Under the pieces are notes generated by a model that saw only the letters and a list, made by a program, of their open reading frames with translations, was not told where the DNA came from and ran no database searches. 64,000 bases of DNA from Felis catus. Its lineage: Eukaryota. Position 1 is the first letter of the stretch. Every line of letters starts with the position of its first letter. The stretch spans positions 75,642,001-75,706,000 of the forward strand of contig NC_058368.1 in assembly GCF_018350175.1 (NCBI RefSeq), given 5' to 3'. Both the position numbers and the translations under genes were made by a program. Positions 1 through 12,339 of this stretch are shown here, piece after piece.

Positions 1-508
1 TGTGCATCTTAAGGATCAGTGCTTGGATAAAGACAGCCAGCAGGAAAGTAGCAAGGGCTACAAAAGTAGCCGTTCGTTAAAGGGAAAGTACTTTCAAAGT
101 GGGAGAGTCAGCAGGTTCCCAGAGGAAGAACCAGCCCCTAGTCATTTGGGGATCGGATATTATTGGGTCTCTCTGGGCTGGGAGGTCTGGGATGGACAAT
201 GGGTGGTCTCTAATAGAGGCTGCTTCCAAACATTAGCAAACTCCTCCCTCAGGTTGGAAAGAGGAGTTTTTGACCCTACAAGATTGGTACCAACTTTCAT
301 GGGCAGCCTTTCCCCAAGGCCAGGGCCGTACCCACAATGCAAATGCATTATAATGAGTCTAGGGGTGACCCTGGGGCAGAGAAGATCGTATGCTCTGCAC
401 CTGTGGCTCTGTGGTCTTGGAAACCACGAGGTCAGGATGTTGAGTCCTCAGGCTTTTAACCTGTAGCTGATTTAACCCCATCCTTGACTCCAGCTCACGT
501 CTCTACCA
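1..508 (-). mobile_element. ERV1-class LTR (probable 3' LTR, may be cut by the window edge)
   Basis: On the minus strand a purine tract AGAGGGGGGA (518-509) is followed directly by TG. The layout and motifs ('aatgcattataatgag', 'cacgtctctacca') resemble reverse-oriented ERV1/MER51-like LTRs. Family is from recall only. Confidence 0.55.
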
Positions 509-1700
509 TCCCCCCTCTAGGACTTGGGACTCTGCCCCTGGGTGTTCCTTCCACTGCTCAGGTGTAGCTTTTACCTAACACATGTTGAGAGGTGGCACCT
601 TGTGGGTGTGGGGAGAGCGGCACCAAGCACCCTGAAACCCAGCGAAGCAGCTCCAGTTCCTGGGGTGCCTGACCTTGAGCTTCTGTCGCTGGGGAATTGA
701 GGCATCTGCAAGCCCAGCCCTGTCCCAGTGGGGCTCCGTGGCGGAAAACCTCAGGTGGCTGCTGGGTTGTGGGCCGGCCTTCCGTTTTCTCTTTTGGAAC
801 ACCACTATCACGTGAAAGAGCCGTGCACACAGAACTAAGGTTATTTATGTTCGGGTTTTGGCAGACTTCCTAAAAAAGCGAATGACGGAAACCTATCACT
901 TCCAGGTAAAGGACCAGCAGTGGGTGCGGGGCAGGCCCTGTCCACTAGGCGAGGAGCCACCCCACCTGGTCCCCAGGCTACCCCACCTCGTCCCCACCGC
1001 TCCCTTTGCTGCTGCTGAACTGGGCCAAGAGGAAGTCAAGTGCTGAAATGCTGAGAAGGGCCTCTGAGGACCGGAGGCAATGTGCTTTGTGCTAAAAACT
1101 GAGGAGGTGACCGAAGGAAGCCAATGGATTGTAAATGCAAACGTACCTTCCAATCAGAATAGTTGGAAAACAACTTCTGTAATCTATAGCCACTCCCCCA
1201 TTTTGCCTCTGAAGACCCCTCACCATGTCCAACAGGTCATTTTTGGGGTTTCTGCTTGAATCTGTGCTCTCCAAATTTCCGTTCTAGACCCCAGAACAAA
1301 CATGTCGCTTGCATTTCAATGTCTCATCGTTCCTTGGTCAACGTGAGAACAGTAGGGAATCATTTGAACTGTGTGAAGGTGCTGTCGTCAACATAAGCTT
1401 TACAGCTTCCCAATATTTAAAGGCTTTTCTGATGAGAAAGGATATGCTTTCGTTTGATATTAAACAGCAAATTGTGTCCACGTTTGGAAAATCTGCAAAA
1501 GTCAGTGAACCAGTATTTCCCAAGGACCAAGGCCTCACGGTGTAGAATCACTGTGGGTAAGAGATTTATTCAATGTGCAAGATAGAACGGTGTCTTTTCA
1601 TGTAAAGGAATTTAAAAGGTTATTAATATGGTTTCAGACTCCATGTTGCAACAATATACTTTTTTAATTCCATTTGTTAAGCTTTGGTGTGCTATCCAAA

Positions 1701-1737
<37 letters not shown>

Positions 1738-1825
1738 GAAAAAGAAAAAGAATATCCACAATTACCTGAAAAGATTTTCCAACTAAATATCTCTATGAAA
1801 TTGAGTTTTTTCCTGTATATATATA

Positions 1826-1853
1826 TTTTTAATTTTTTTAATCTTTATTTCTT

Positions 1854-1885
<32 letters not shown>

Positions 1886-2047
1886 CAGGGGAGGGGGCAG
1901 AGAGACAGGGAGACACAGAATCCGAAGCAGGCTCCAGGCTCTGAGCTGTCAGCACAGGACCCGACTCAGGGCTCGAACTCACAAATGGTGAGATGATGAC
2001 TTGAGCCAAAGTCGGACGCTCAACTGACTGAGCGACCCAGGCACCCC
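1826..2047 (-). mobile_element. CAN-SINE (SINEC)
   Basis: Poly-T, (GA)n tract and reverse tRNA-derived head ending 'cccaggcacccc'. Confidence 0.95.
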
Positions 2048-2079
2048 TTTATCGTATATTTTAAAGCAATGAATTGCAA

Positions 2080-2296
2080 GGGGCGCCTGGGTGGCGCAGT
2101 CAGTTAAGCCTCCGACTTCAGCCAGGTCACGATCTCGCGGTCCGTGAGTTCGAGCCCCGCGTCGGGCTCTGGGCTGATGGCTCAGAGCCTGGAGCCTGTT
2201 TCCAATTCTGTGTCTCCCTCTCTCTCTGCCCCTCCCCCGTTCATGCTCTGTCTCTCTCTGTCCCCCCAAAAAATAAATAAGCATGAAAAAAAATCC
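2080..2296 (+). mobile_element. Young feline SINEC_Fc-type SINE
   Basis: GGGGCGCCTGGGTGGCGCAG head, CT tract and A tail. TSD TTAAAGCAATGAATTGC at 2061-2077 and 2297-2313. Confidence 0.97.
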
Positions 2297-2544
2297 TTAA
2301 AGCAATGAATTGCCACATATTGAATGCAGAAGCTGATAAGAGAATACAGGTTTCTTATATTAAGCCAGTCATTAAAAAGATTTACAGAAATGTAAATCAA
2401 TGCCATTCCTCTTACTCATTTTTTTTTGTTGGTTCCTGGAAAATCATTATTTTTAATGACTATTTAACAGTAACATAGAATGTTTTTTGCAGTGTTATTT
2501 TAGTAAAATGAAAATATTTTTAATCTTTGCCTGGCATAATTTCC

Positions 2545-2730
2545 TTTTTTTTTTTTCTCAGTTTATTTATTTTGAGAGAGAGAGAGCATGCAAGCAGGGA
2601 AGGGGCAGAGAGAGAGGGAGAGAGAATCTGCCGAGCCTGATGTGGAGCTGGAACTTAGGAACCATGAGATCATGACCTGAACCAAAACCAAGAGTCCAAG
2701 GCTTAACCGTCTGAGCCACTCAGGTGCCCC
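2545..2730 (-). mobile_element. CAN-SINE (older)
   Basis: Poly-T, GA tract and reverse head 'gagccactcaggtgcccc'. Confidence 0.92.
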
Positions 2731-3176
2731 TGACTTAATGTCTAATATGGCAAAATATTGGTAGATATAACTCAGAAAAGCAAAAGCTCTTTGGAGTCCT
2801 CAATATTTTTTAGAACGTAAAGACCAAATAGTCTGAAAACTATAGCTCTGTAGCAACCCAACAAAACATGAGACAAGGATGTACTTTTTTCGTATTTGTA
2901 TAATGAAAATCTATGTATGTTGTTTTAAAATGTCATCTAAAAGACACATGGGGAAAGGAATAAATGTTCAGATACATTTACTCCCTTCCTTCCATTGTAA
3001 AGGCAAGCCGGCTTCCAGGAAACTTACTGGAAATGAGATTTCCTTCAAGCACTTCCTGAATAAAGAGGCAAACGCCTTAGCATCTCTTAACATTTACAAT
3101 GGGCCATGAATGCTTTTATAATTTCCATAATACTTTCTCCATGAAGATTTTCTAAATAACTGTGATTTCTCTCTCT

Positions 3177-3392
3177 TTTTTAATTTTTTTAACATTTATT
3201 TATTTTTGATGGACAGAGAGAGACAGAGCATGAGTGGGGAGGGGCAGAGAGAGAAGGAGACAAAGAATCCTAAGCAGGCTCCAGGCTCTGAGCTGCCATA
3301 GAGCCCGACACGGGGCTTGAACCCACAAACCGTGAGACTATGAGCTGAGCTAAAAGTCAGACGCTTGATCGACTGAGCCACCCAGGTGCCCC
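3177..3392 (-). mobile_element. CAN-SINE
   Basis: Complete reverse SINE, with 'gatttctc' on both flanks. Confidence 0.95.
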
Positions 3393-4081
3393 AGATTTCT
3401 CCTTGTTTGAATTATCTGGGCTTATGTTTATATCAAGCAACGTACCATTTTAATCAAATGCGAATTTCCATTGCTCACTAGGTAACTTTCACTTTCTTTA
3501 CCTCTAATACTTTTATGGATGTTATTTCCAAAACCAGGATGTAATAAACTTATTTAGGAAAAACCTTACAGTTTGCCCTTCTTTCGAATCCCCTCTGCTC
3601 TTTTTACAGTGCTTTGTTTAGATGAGACACTAACCAATATTTCATCTGTGATCGTCAAAAGGAAAATCCCTGTGTCCCAAGTTATTGTAAATGCAGACAT
3701 AATTGACCTGTAAAAATACTTCCTGTTGCCCCCCAATAGTTCCCCCCTTTGCTTAAAACAGCAGCTCCCATATGGCTATAAACTACTTGGGCCACTTAAA
3801 ATTGATTATTTTTATGTAATAATGATGTTGACAAAACATATAATGTCTGGTATATAGTCTGAGTTTAATTTCAAATAGTTGAGGCTTTGTGGAGTTCCAT
3901 ATATTCATACATGGTTATTTGTGGTAATCTTCAACCTATGGATATTTGTTAATATTTCACGTACTCTAGCAGATTCCCCATAATCATATTCTATCCCAGT
4001 AATCTGTTACTTCATCTGTTTTTATCATGTCAACACTAGACAGCCTGATGGTTAGTAACATGGGTGTTAAAATGAGTCGAG

Positions 4082-4276
4082 GGGGCACCTGGGTGGCTCA
4101 GTCAGTTGAGCACCCGACTCTTGCTTTTGGGTCAGGTCCTGGTTGTGGGATTTGAACCCCGTGTGGAGCTCTGTGCTGAACGTGGAGGCTGCTTGGGATT
4201 CTCTCTCTCCCTCTGCTTCTCTTCCCTGGTCACTCTCTCCCTCTCAAATGAATACAAATGAGAAATAACAAAAAAA
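4082..4276 (+). mobile_element. CAN-SINE (older subfamily)
   Basis: GGGGCACCTGGGTGGCTCAG head, CT tract and A-rich tail. Confidence 0.92.
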
Positions 4277-5609
4277 TGAACTGAGTCATGTTTAAGATTC
4301 ATGAGTTGACTAGAAATACCGTTGAGGCCACCCAGCTCTTTAATGAACTACGTATGTTCTCTGTTGAGCAAAGTCTTGCTTCACTTCATGTTGGACACGT
4401 GGCTTTCGGACCCTGAAACGGTGTCCTGTGAACTCAAGAGACAATCTGAGTCCAATTAGGTCAGATGAGACCTGTTGCTTGAATTCCCTCGTAGCTGCCT
4501 CTTGCGTACCTGTCTTGCAAGGTGCTTTCCTGGCTTATGAAGGTCCCAAGGGCTCGCTTACAGGAGCAGTGGTTTTCCTGCCTGTGACTAGTAAACCCTG
4601 GGATGTGTGGCAGAGTTTTGTCTGGAACCAGCTTCCATTATAGCTTATTGCCAGCTATGGAGTTTGTGTGGTAGAAAACTTGCATCCTACCCAAAGTTAC
4701 TGATCTCTAATAAAAAGAACAGAATTATTATCAATGACCAAATTGATTCAGGTCAGTTTGCAACAATAATTTATTTCCTTCCACACGGAATTCAAGGTTG
4801 TTTATTTAAATGCCTAAAAGAAAAGGTAACCGATACAGGAAAATCAGTATGCAGAAAGACACTAAACAAAGAAAGGGCAAAATCAAGGAAAAAGTAATCA
4901 TGCAAAATGTGATATGATGAATTATGTTGCCATACGTTAATGGGAATTTACGTTCAAAAGTATTTTTCATATGCTACCTAATCATTTTTATTTGTTTAAC
5001 TTGATTTTATAAACAGATAATATTTTTATTTTAAAACCCCAGGACACATTTATTGGTATTCTACACAAACATGGTGTTGCATTGGAGTGGATAATCAAAT
5101 CACAATTATATAACTATGCATTTATAAGTAGTCTTTATGCACATTACAGTTTCTACCTACATTATTGTGAGGAGGAGTTAGTTCAGAAGTGAACTAGATA
5201 GGCCAAATCACTTATAACTTTTTAGTATTATTGTAAAAATAACATCTAATTAACCGAGCATCATATTTAACCTGAAAAATGCTTTCCTTAGAAAGGTAGT
5301 GAATTGTTAGTTAGGTAATTATACATTTATAGTCTGTGAAATCAGTAATTAAATGGTAACTAAAATGTACTTACATGTTTACACACCATAAAATTACGGT
5401 ATTTTTAACATACTGTAATTAATTTATATTTAACATACACTTGTGTATGCTTGATTAAATGTCAATTAGGCGCCTATTTGTGAAAAATCAACCATTACCA
5501 ATTTATGGAAATATTAACATAAAGCTAACCATTTTTTCCTTTGAAAAAATTTTAGGTTGGATTAAATGCCATCCTCCAATCCAATTTTTTTTACATTTCT
5601 CAGCATGTT

Positions 5610-5691
5610 ATATAGATATAGATATAGATATAGATATAGATATAGATACATAGATATATATATGTTTTATATATATATATAACATATATAT
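5610..5691. repeat. (ATATAG)n/(TA)n microsatellite
   Basis: Directly visible tandem units. Confidence 0.9.
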
Positions 5692-6108
5692 AACTAATTA
5701 ATTGCATAATTCAGGACAAATATAACTGCAAGTGCCTAAAAAAAATGAAAAACAAACAAAAGTTTCTTACCCAATGGAGATAATTTTGTTGCAATAGATT
5801 AGTATAGCTATTTTAACGAAAACACATTATTAGTTCTATTTCTTGCATTTGTCACTATATTTTCACTCTCATTATTTTCTCTATATTTTCTGACTTTTTA
5901 ATGATCAATGATCTTGGCCAGGTAGAAATTTATCTTAGGTATATTTTGCACAAAGTTCCAATAAAACGCAATTTCATAAAGCTATAATTTTATCACTATT
6001 TTTATAACATATTTTTTGGAGAATGAGTGTTGCTTATATATAAGTATATATGAAAGATCTAGATTATTTAACCTATGTAAAATGATATACACATCTTTAA
6101 ATAATGCT

Positions 6109-6129
6109 GTGTGTGTGTGTGTGTGTGTG
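6109..6129. repeat. (TG)n microsatellite
   Basis: Directly visible. Confidence 0.9.
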
Positions 6130-6374
6130 ACTTTAAAAGTCCTGTAAAAAAAAGGACAGAGATAAAGAAATCCTTGATGGCATTTTGATCATGAAATTGC
6201 TTCTCATATGCTTTAGTACTAATTGGTCTGTAGCTAAGATTTTCACATAAAAGATTATATGCTACTCCATAGTAGGTATGACTATAAATTAGCAAAAATT
6301 CCAGCATGTCAACTGTTTAAGAAAATTAATACATTTCAAAATGGAGACCAGAATTCTGAAAACTTTGGAGGGTA

Positions 6375-6375
<1 letters not shown>

Positions 6376-6411
<36 letters not shown>
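6376..6411. repeat. (CA)n microsatellite
   Basis: Directly visible. Confidence 0.95.
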
Positions 6412-6413
<2 letters not shown>

Positions 6414-6597
6414 CACTGGGTAATATAACAGCTTTTTAAAAATGCTACCATTTTTGCATGAAATTCAACAAGTGCTACCACTGAATTTGACCCTTCATAT
6501 GGACATCAATCATGTCATTTTTCCTTATTGTGTCAATATGAAATTGCCTGTGGATATAGAACAATTGCTTTTTGGAGATTATTTGTTTTTGAGAATC

Positions 6598-6802
6598 TTT
6601 GTTTATTTGTTTTTAAGTTTGCTTATATTCGAGAGAGAGAGAGAGCACAAGTGGAAGAGTGGCAGAGAGAGAGAGAGGGAGACACAGAATCTGAAGCAGG
6701 CTCCAGACTCTGAGCTGTCAACGTGGGGCTTGAACTCATGAACTGAAATTACGACCGGAGCTGAAGTTGGATGCTTAACAGACTGAGCCATCCAGGCGCC
6801 CC
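6598..6802 (-). mobile_element. CAN-SINE
   Basis: Reverse SINE body ending 'ccaggcgcccc'. Confidence 0.93.
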
Positions 6803-8732
6803 TTCAGGAAACTCTTTAACAGCGATAGCTATACAGATGTTCTCAAGTGTCTTGTGGAGAATGGTCGTGGAAGTACCTAATGCTCAGTGGAAAAATGATT
6901 AGCATTTAGTTTTATCAGTTAAATCACGGTACGTGGTTACAGGTTATAATGTTCCACTTTTAGCACATTTTAGCCAGATGAATATGCTGCTCATATTCAC
7001 TAAAGTTAGTAAAAGGTGATCAAACAAATCGTGCATGTCATATTGACAAACAGCTGTTAAGGTAATTTTTAGTTCAATTTCAACTGATTATTCTAGCTAT
7101 TGCTTGGATGTGTGGTGTGAGGTCAAATATGAACAAATACAAAGTGATTCAGTCTGCTGCTGAGGGACCATCTCAGTTGTCCCAGGAGTAAGGAAGTCCA
7201 AGGTCCATCTAGGATAATCTCTACAATGGTATGTTGGATGAGGGACCCAGGCAAAGCCTGGCTGCTGACTGATTAGTGCCATCGACCCAAACAAAGGACA
7301 TCAATGCAGAGAATCATGCCCAAACTGGGCAACAACTTTGTGTATTCCCATAATTAGATCTCAAAGGCCAAATCATAGTAGCATAATTAAATTAAAAGCA
7401 TTCTGGCATGCAGGAACATCAGAAATTGGGTTTTTTTCCCTTATTTTTTAACCCAATTCTCCATTTCCTCCCCAAAGCATCCTGTCACACAAGATGCTCA
7501 TCAGTCCTCGTTTATTAAATCCTTGAATGGCACAATAAGAAGCATTATAGCGAGGCATGCGTGAAATAATCCTATTTCTCTCTTTAAAAGCCATTTTCCA
7601 GTAGTCCTTATAAGTTATCCCAATTTATTCCTACTCTTGATTTATTCCTAGTCTTTTACCAAATTCCAGCCTCCAGTATGTGTAAATGCATGCATTTGAA
7701 AGAAGGCTTCTCAAAATCAAGATTCACATGGTAGTTATAGAAACAAGTTATCTATATTCCAAAACATTTATAATGAAGCCTGTATCTCTTAACACTCTAT
7801 AGTAAAAAAAAGAAAAAGTCAAAAAGTCACAGACTAAAATAATGTATGTAGTTGTAAAAGAATTAAAACCCACAGTCTGTATTGAGATGTAAAATATTTA
7901 AGGTAATGCCCCTGACACATAGTAGGAGACATTTCGTTTTCTGCTGAAAAGGTAATGTGAAAGCAATTGAGTAACATGTCCTAAAAATGTTAATGTAGCC
8001 TCAGTGTTTACTTAGAGAGCATTGATATCAATACACCTATAAATATATATAAATATATGTATATATGTATTTAAATATATCTAAATATGTATATATCCAT
8101 CCATTTATATAGGAGATGTATTTTATATAGGAGAAGCTTACGAGTAGATATTTGTGGCCTCTGTTTAACCACTTATGTTAAGACTTTAAGTTTATGGTGG
8201 TAGTTATTCGACTGTTCTTAATCTAACTTCCCTGTGTTTTTATTGACAAAGTTCCAATCCTCTGCCAAAAAACAACACTGATTCAAAATTATAACACTCT
8301 AGAAAATTAAGAAAATTAATGCATAATAAGGAAATGTTAGGGAGGAATTGATTTAACTATGGCAAAAATATATTGGCAAGTGATCAGTAGCCTGTGGAAA
8401 GATATCACTTTGTAGGAAGAAGGCAAAGAAACATCTTGTTCTCAATCTCCTTGCAAAGAACACTGGAGAAAGACACAACTTTGTCATCATAACCTGGGAC
8501 AGCATGAGTGGAACTTTCTGAGGCGGTTAGGTGCATCTCACGTCCTCTCCTCCATCCTTGCCCACGCATATCTTCTTTATTTGTAGACAATATAATTTGA
8601 AGGAAAACAAATAACAGATGAAAAGGATTAATGATGAGGATTCATGAAAACCTAGAATATCATCTAATTAGGTTAGCACAGAGAGAGGAAAATGCTGGGT
8701 GGTAGTCCTAAAGATTTTAGCTTTACATGTTT

Positions 8733-8953
8733 TTTTTTAATTTTTTTTCAACGTTTTTATTTATTTTTGGGACAGAGAGAGACAGAACATGAACGGGGGA
8801 GGGGCAGAGAGAGAGTGAGACACAGAATCGGAAACAGGCTCCACGCTCTGAGCCATCAACCCAGAGCCTGACGCGGGGCTCGAACTCCCGGACCGCGAGA
8901 TCGTGACCTGGCTGAAGTCGGACGCTTAACCGACTGCGCCACCCAGGCGCCCC
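8733..8953 (-). mobile_element. Young SINEC_Fc-type SINE
   Basis: CpG-rich body. TSD TTTACATGTTT at 8722-8732 and 8954-8964. Confidence 0.97.
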
Positions 8954-10089
8954 TTTACATGTTTCTATGATGAACGTAAAAGAACCCGACAGACTCTTTT
9001 CGGTCCCCTTAGTCACCAGAAATTCTTCACATTTATAGAAACAGAAAATGGTGCCATAATTATTAACTTACCTCTGTTAATCAGAATGTGGTAACAACAA
9101 GCGCAAATTCCCATGGCCATCACACAATGAAGGTGTATTTCTCCCTCCCCTGGGGCTGCCGCGGGGTCCCGGATCACTCTCCAGGGCAGCTTTATACGAT
9201 GACTCAGCAATCCAGGGAGCTCCACATTGTTTGCCCAAACCACTTCATCACAAGTGTGTTTCCAAGATCATTGCAATACGGGAGAGAAACTGGAGAATCC
9301 TCCATGGGTTTTCCACCACAGCCACAGCCACTAACTGACGCACTTTTCACATTTTATTGACCAGTCTCTACCCCAGCAACAGGGGAAATACAGAACTATG
9401 TGCGCTCAAAAGGAAAAGAGAAAGCAACATTGATAAATGCTAGTAATGTCTACCAAACAACTTTCTAAACGTCTGCTGGATGCGCAGTAAATGCGAGCTA
9501 GCAGTTTGTACCCATTTCTAAATGAGCTCCACTTGCCCTTCTGACAGACAGCGATTAGGATAGTGTTTGTTTTGAAAGCATTGGTACATGCCGTTATGGT
9601 AAAGTATTTCTTAATTTGTACTTGATCCATAAAAGAATGTGACTAATAATCTGAAGGCAGCAAAGTAAACAGCTGGAGAAAATCAGCTGTAAAACAAGAG
9701 TTCGAAGAGATTCGGGGAAGGAATGGGAAGATAACCAAAGGAAATAAAACATAAACTTAAAGACCTCACAAAAGAAGGCCGAGAAAGAAATTGCACTACC
9801 AAGACTATGGTAGCTACACTGAAATCCCCTGTGATAAAATACAATATGAAATATTTATCTGCTGTGATAAGACCTATGATAAAATATAACGAAGGGAAGA
9901 AGAGAGGGAAAAGTGAGGAACGTGAAATACCTGGAAACAAAAAATTAGAGGTAACATTGAAATATTGACTATTGCAGAAGACCAAGAGTGAAATTCACAT
10001 GATATGCTCAGGTCCCTGGAGGAAAAGAACTGAAGTGATGTAGGAGGAAATATATTCAAACGTAAAAACGCCCATGGGAAATCCAACAC

Positions 10090-10340
10090 AGAGAGGAAAG
10101 GTTGCCCTGGCCAACTGCCCCAGGTAAGTCTCCCCACACTAAGAGTACCAGTCATGGCAGAAAGTCATCTTGGTAATGATACCTCCAGCCCCTGTCCGGC
10201 CATCCCGGGAGGAATACGACCGGTAGAACAAAGATGAGCTACTCCTACCTAGCCCTGTGGGAAGATTTGGGGGCAAAATAAATATCATTTTTAAGTCATT
10301 AAATTTGGGGTTGGTCTGTTAAAAAGCCACAGATGACCGT
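10090..10340 (+). mobile_element. Old MaLR LTR fragment (MLT1H/I/J-like)
   Basis: The 3' end 'aaaataaat...ttttaagtcattaaatttggggttggtctgtt...acagatgacc' resembles MLT1 ends. Confidence 0.55.
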
Positions 10341-11792
10341 ATCTTTGGCATCATTTTGGGGAACAGAAAAGGGAAACTATTCGGTAAAAGACTTTAGAAA
10401 TCGATTATCCATCAACGAATGTTCATTCGCAGAAATCACTGCCTGAGGACAGGGACTAAAGGACCAGCCTCACTGGGCTGAGTCAGGGAATCTGTTTACT
10501 GTATAGGTGTGATGACCGGGCGAGTTGGGGTTGGTCATAAACATTGTTGAAGTGATTGTTCGATCCATGTACATAGCTAAGTAATAAAATAATTTCATTT
10601 TTAAGGCAGGCTACTCTTGTAATCTTGATAGTGAGGGAAATTTTTCAAAGGCAATAGGTCAAAAGGCAGTTGCCATAGATGCAGGTGAGGAAGGGGAAAG
10701 TTATCGTATGTTGAGAACGTCATCTTGTGAGTGATATAAGTATATTAGACGCTATACTTAAATGCACTTGTTATATGTTTTGTCCTCTGTAAATTTGGCT
10801 TATCAATGAAAATGTTAGAAAGTGTTATTATGGAAATGTAAGTTTAAATAAAGAGTTTTCCCACCAGAAAAAATTTTAAGGAAAAATCACAAAAAAATTA
10901 CACAAGCGAACAATGCAAGGTAATAAGAAAGCTACATTTGAAAATTACGAATGATCTCATGATTTTGCACATATTTGACAATTACACTAAGCAAAGTAAT
11001 AATACGGTTCTCTTAAAAGTCAACTCTGTCAAAATCTGTTTCCAGAGCAAATTATTACATTTGATAGGTAATTCATCTGCTTATATTTTCATATTGCTTA
11101 GTGATTTCTAAGACATCTTGCAAGGGATCATGCTCAAGACTTTCTTAGTATTTTAATGGATATAAATTATCGCATTGAGTCTCCAAAATTAAATCAAGCA
11201 TAGTCAGATATTTTACTTGACATTCAGACAGAAATATTAGGAAATCGTACGTTTTATCGTCTATCATTTTTTTAAGTATTTTCCTTCCAAATCGGTTTTT
11301 TCTTTGTTCAACTATCGATAAAAACATCTGCAGAAATAGTTTTCAAGTTGTAGGTAAATATCAATTTTCAGTTGTTAATACTTCTTCCTGTAAGTGGAAA
11401 AAGAAACAAATGGGTCTGAATTCAATTCATATGTAAATTACAAATTACTCACATCAGGCAAGTACATTAACTTTTAAATTTTGGATTTAGGGCATTCGTT
11501 AGTCCAGTGCACTGGTTCACTGTACAAAATAATGAAACTACAACGGGACACTAACATTTTCGCCTTAATGTCCGGCACGTTTATATCAAGTATCAACACT
11601 TTGGTAGATTATGCAGCAGACATTTTATAAGTTAATTAATGAAAAATGCCAAGTAAATTTTCCAAAAACACTTTCACCATACTTTCTAATAATAATGCAT
11701 TTGCAATTTAATTCAGTTCCACAGCAATCCAATTTGCTCAACATTATTTCAAACTTTGTGTTTACACCAAATTAAGGTCACAATTGCATAAA

Positions 11793-11900
11793 CTTTTAGA
11801 GCTGGGAGGGACCTCAGACGGCACTTAATGAAATTGCTAATTTCACTAATGAGGAGATTGAGGGAAGTTAAAATCATTCGCCCACAGGTACTCAGAATTT
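11793..11900. mobile_element. MIR fragment
   Basis: 'ttttagagctgggagggacctcaga...gaggagattgagg...gcccacaggtac' is MIR core-like. Confidence 0.55.
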
Positions 11901-12339
11901 ATTGTATGGCACCACTCAACTTCCCAATTTGTAATTGTGTCTAATATTTACTAACACAGAGCAGGTACCCATGGTCTCATAGAAACACTTTCACTGCTTT
12001 TCAACATAAAAGCATTAAGAAGTCATATAAAAATAAAGTTGAAATTCCAAGACTATATTTTATATAATTTTAAGGAAGAAATTCTGATGGGAATGTCATG
12101 TTCTCTCATCAAAACATTTGCAAACGAGCATTTGTACATCTCCGGTAGATTCTTTGCACGCGTTTATATGTACAGCCTCTATTTTTTATCATGTGTTGCT
12201 ATATAATATCTGACACACACGAAAGCTTAACACGTTATGGATTTTAAGTTAGAAAAAGTAATGTATAGAATACTTGTAAATCTATCATTTGACGGAAGAA
12301 ATAGAACACGCGAATAATCTGCATATACTTTTCTGCTTC

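Larger units (their letters stand above)
1545..2845 (+). mobile_element. hAT-Charlie (Charlie1-like) DNA transposon 3' part, split by three SINEs
   Basis: Charlie1 motifs 'tgcaagataga...atggtttcagactccatgttgcaac...gaatatccacaatta', 'ttgaatgcagaagc...tattaagccag' and the terminus 'aaaagctctttggagtcctcaata'. Confidence 0.8.

Noticed and set aside
2080..2170. tRNA gene-like A/B boxes at SINE heads
   Set aside because: These are the tRNA-derived Pol III promoter of CAN-SINEs and continue into SINE body and tail. They are not tRNA genes.
8035..8135. AT-rich quasi-palindrome
   Set aside because: The symmetry is explained by (TA)n low complexity.
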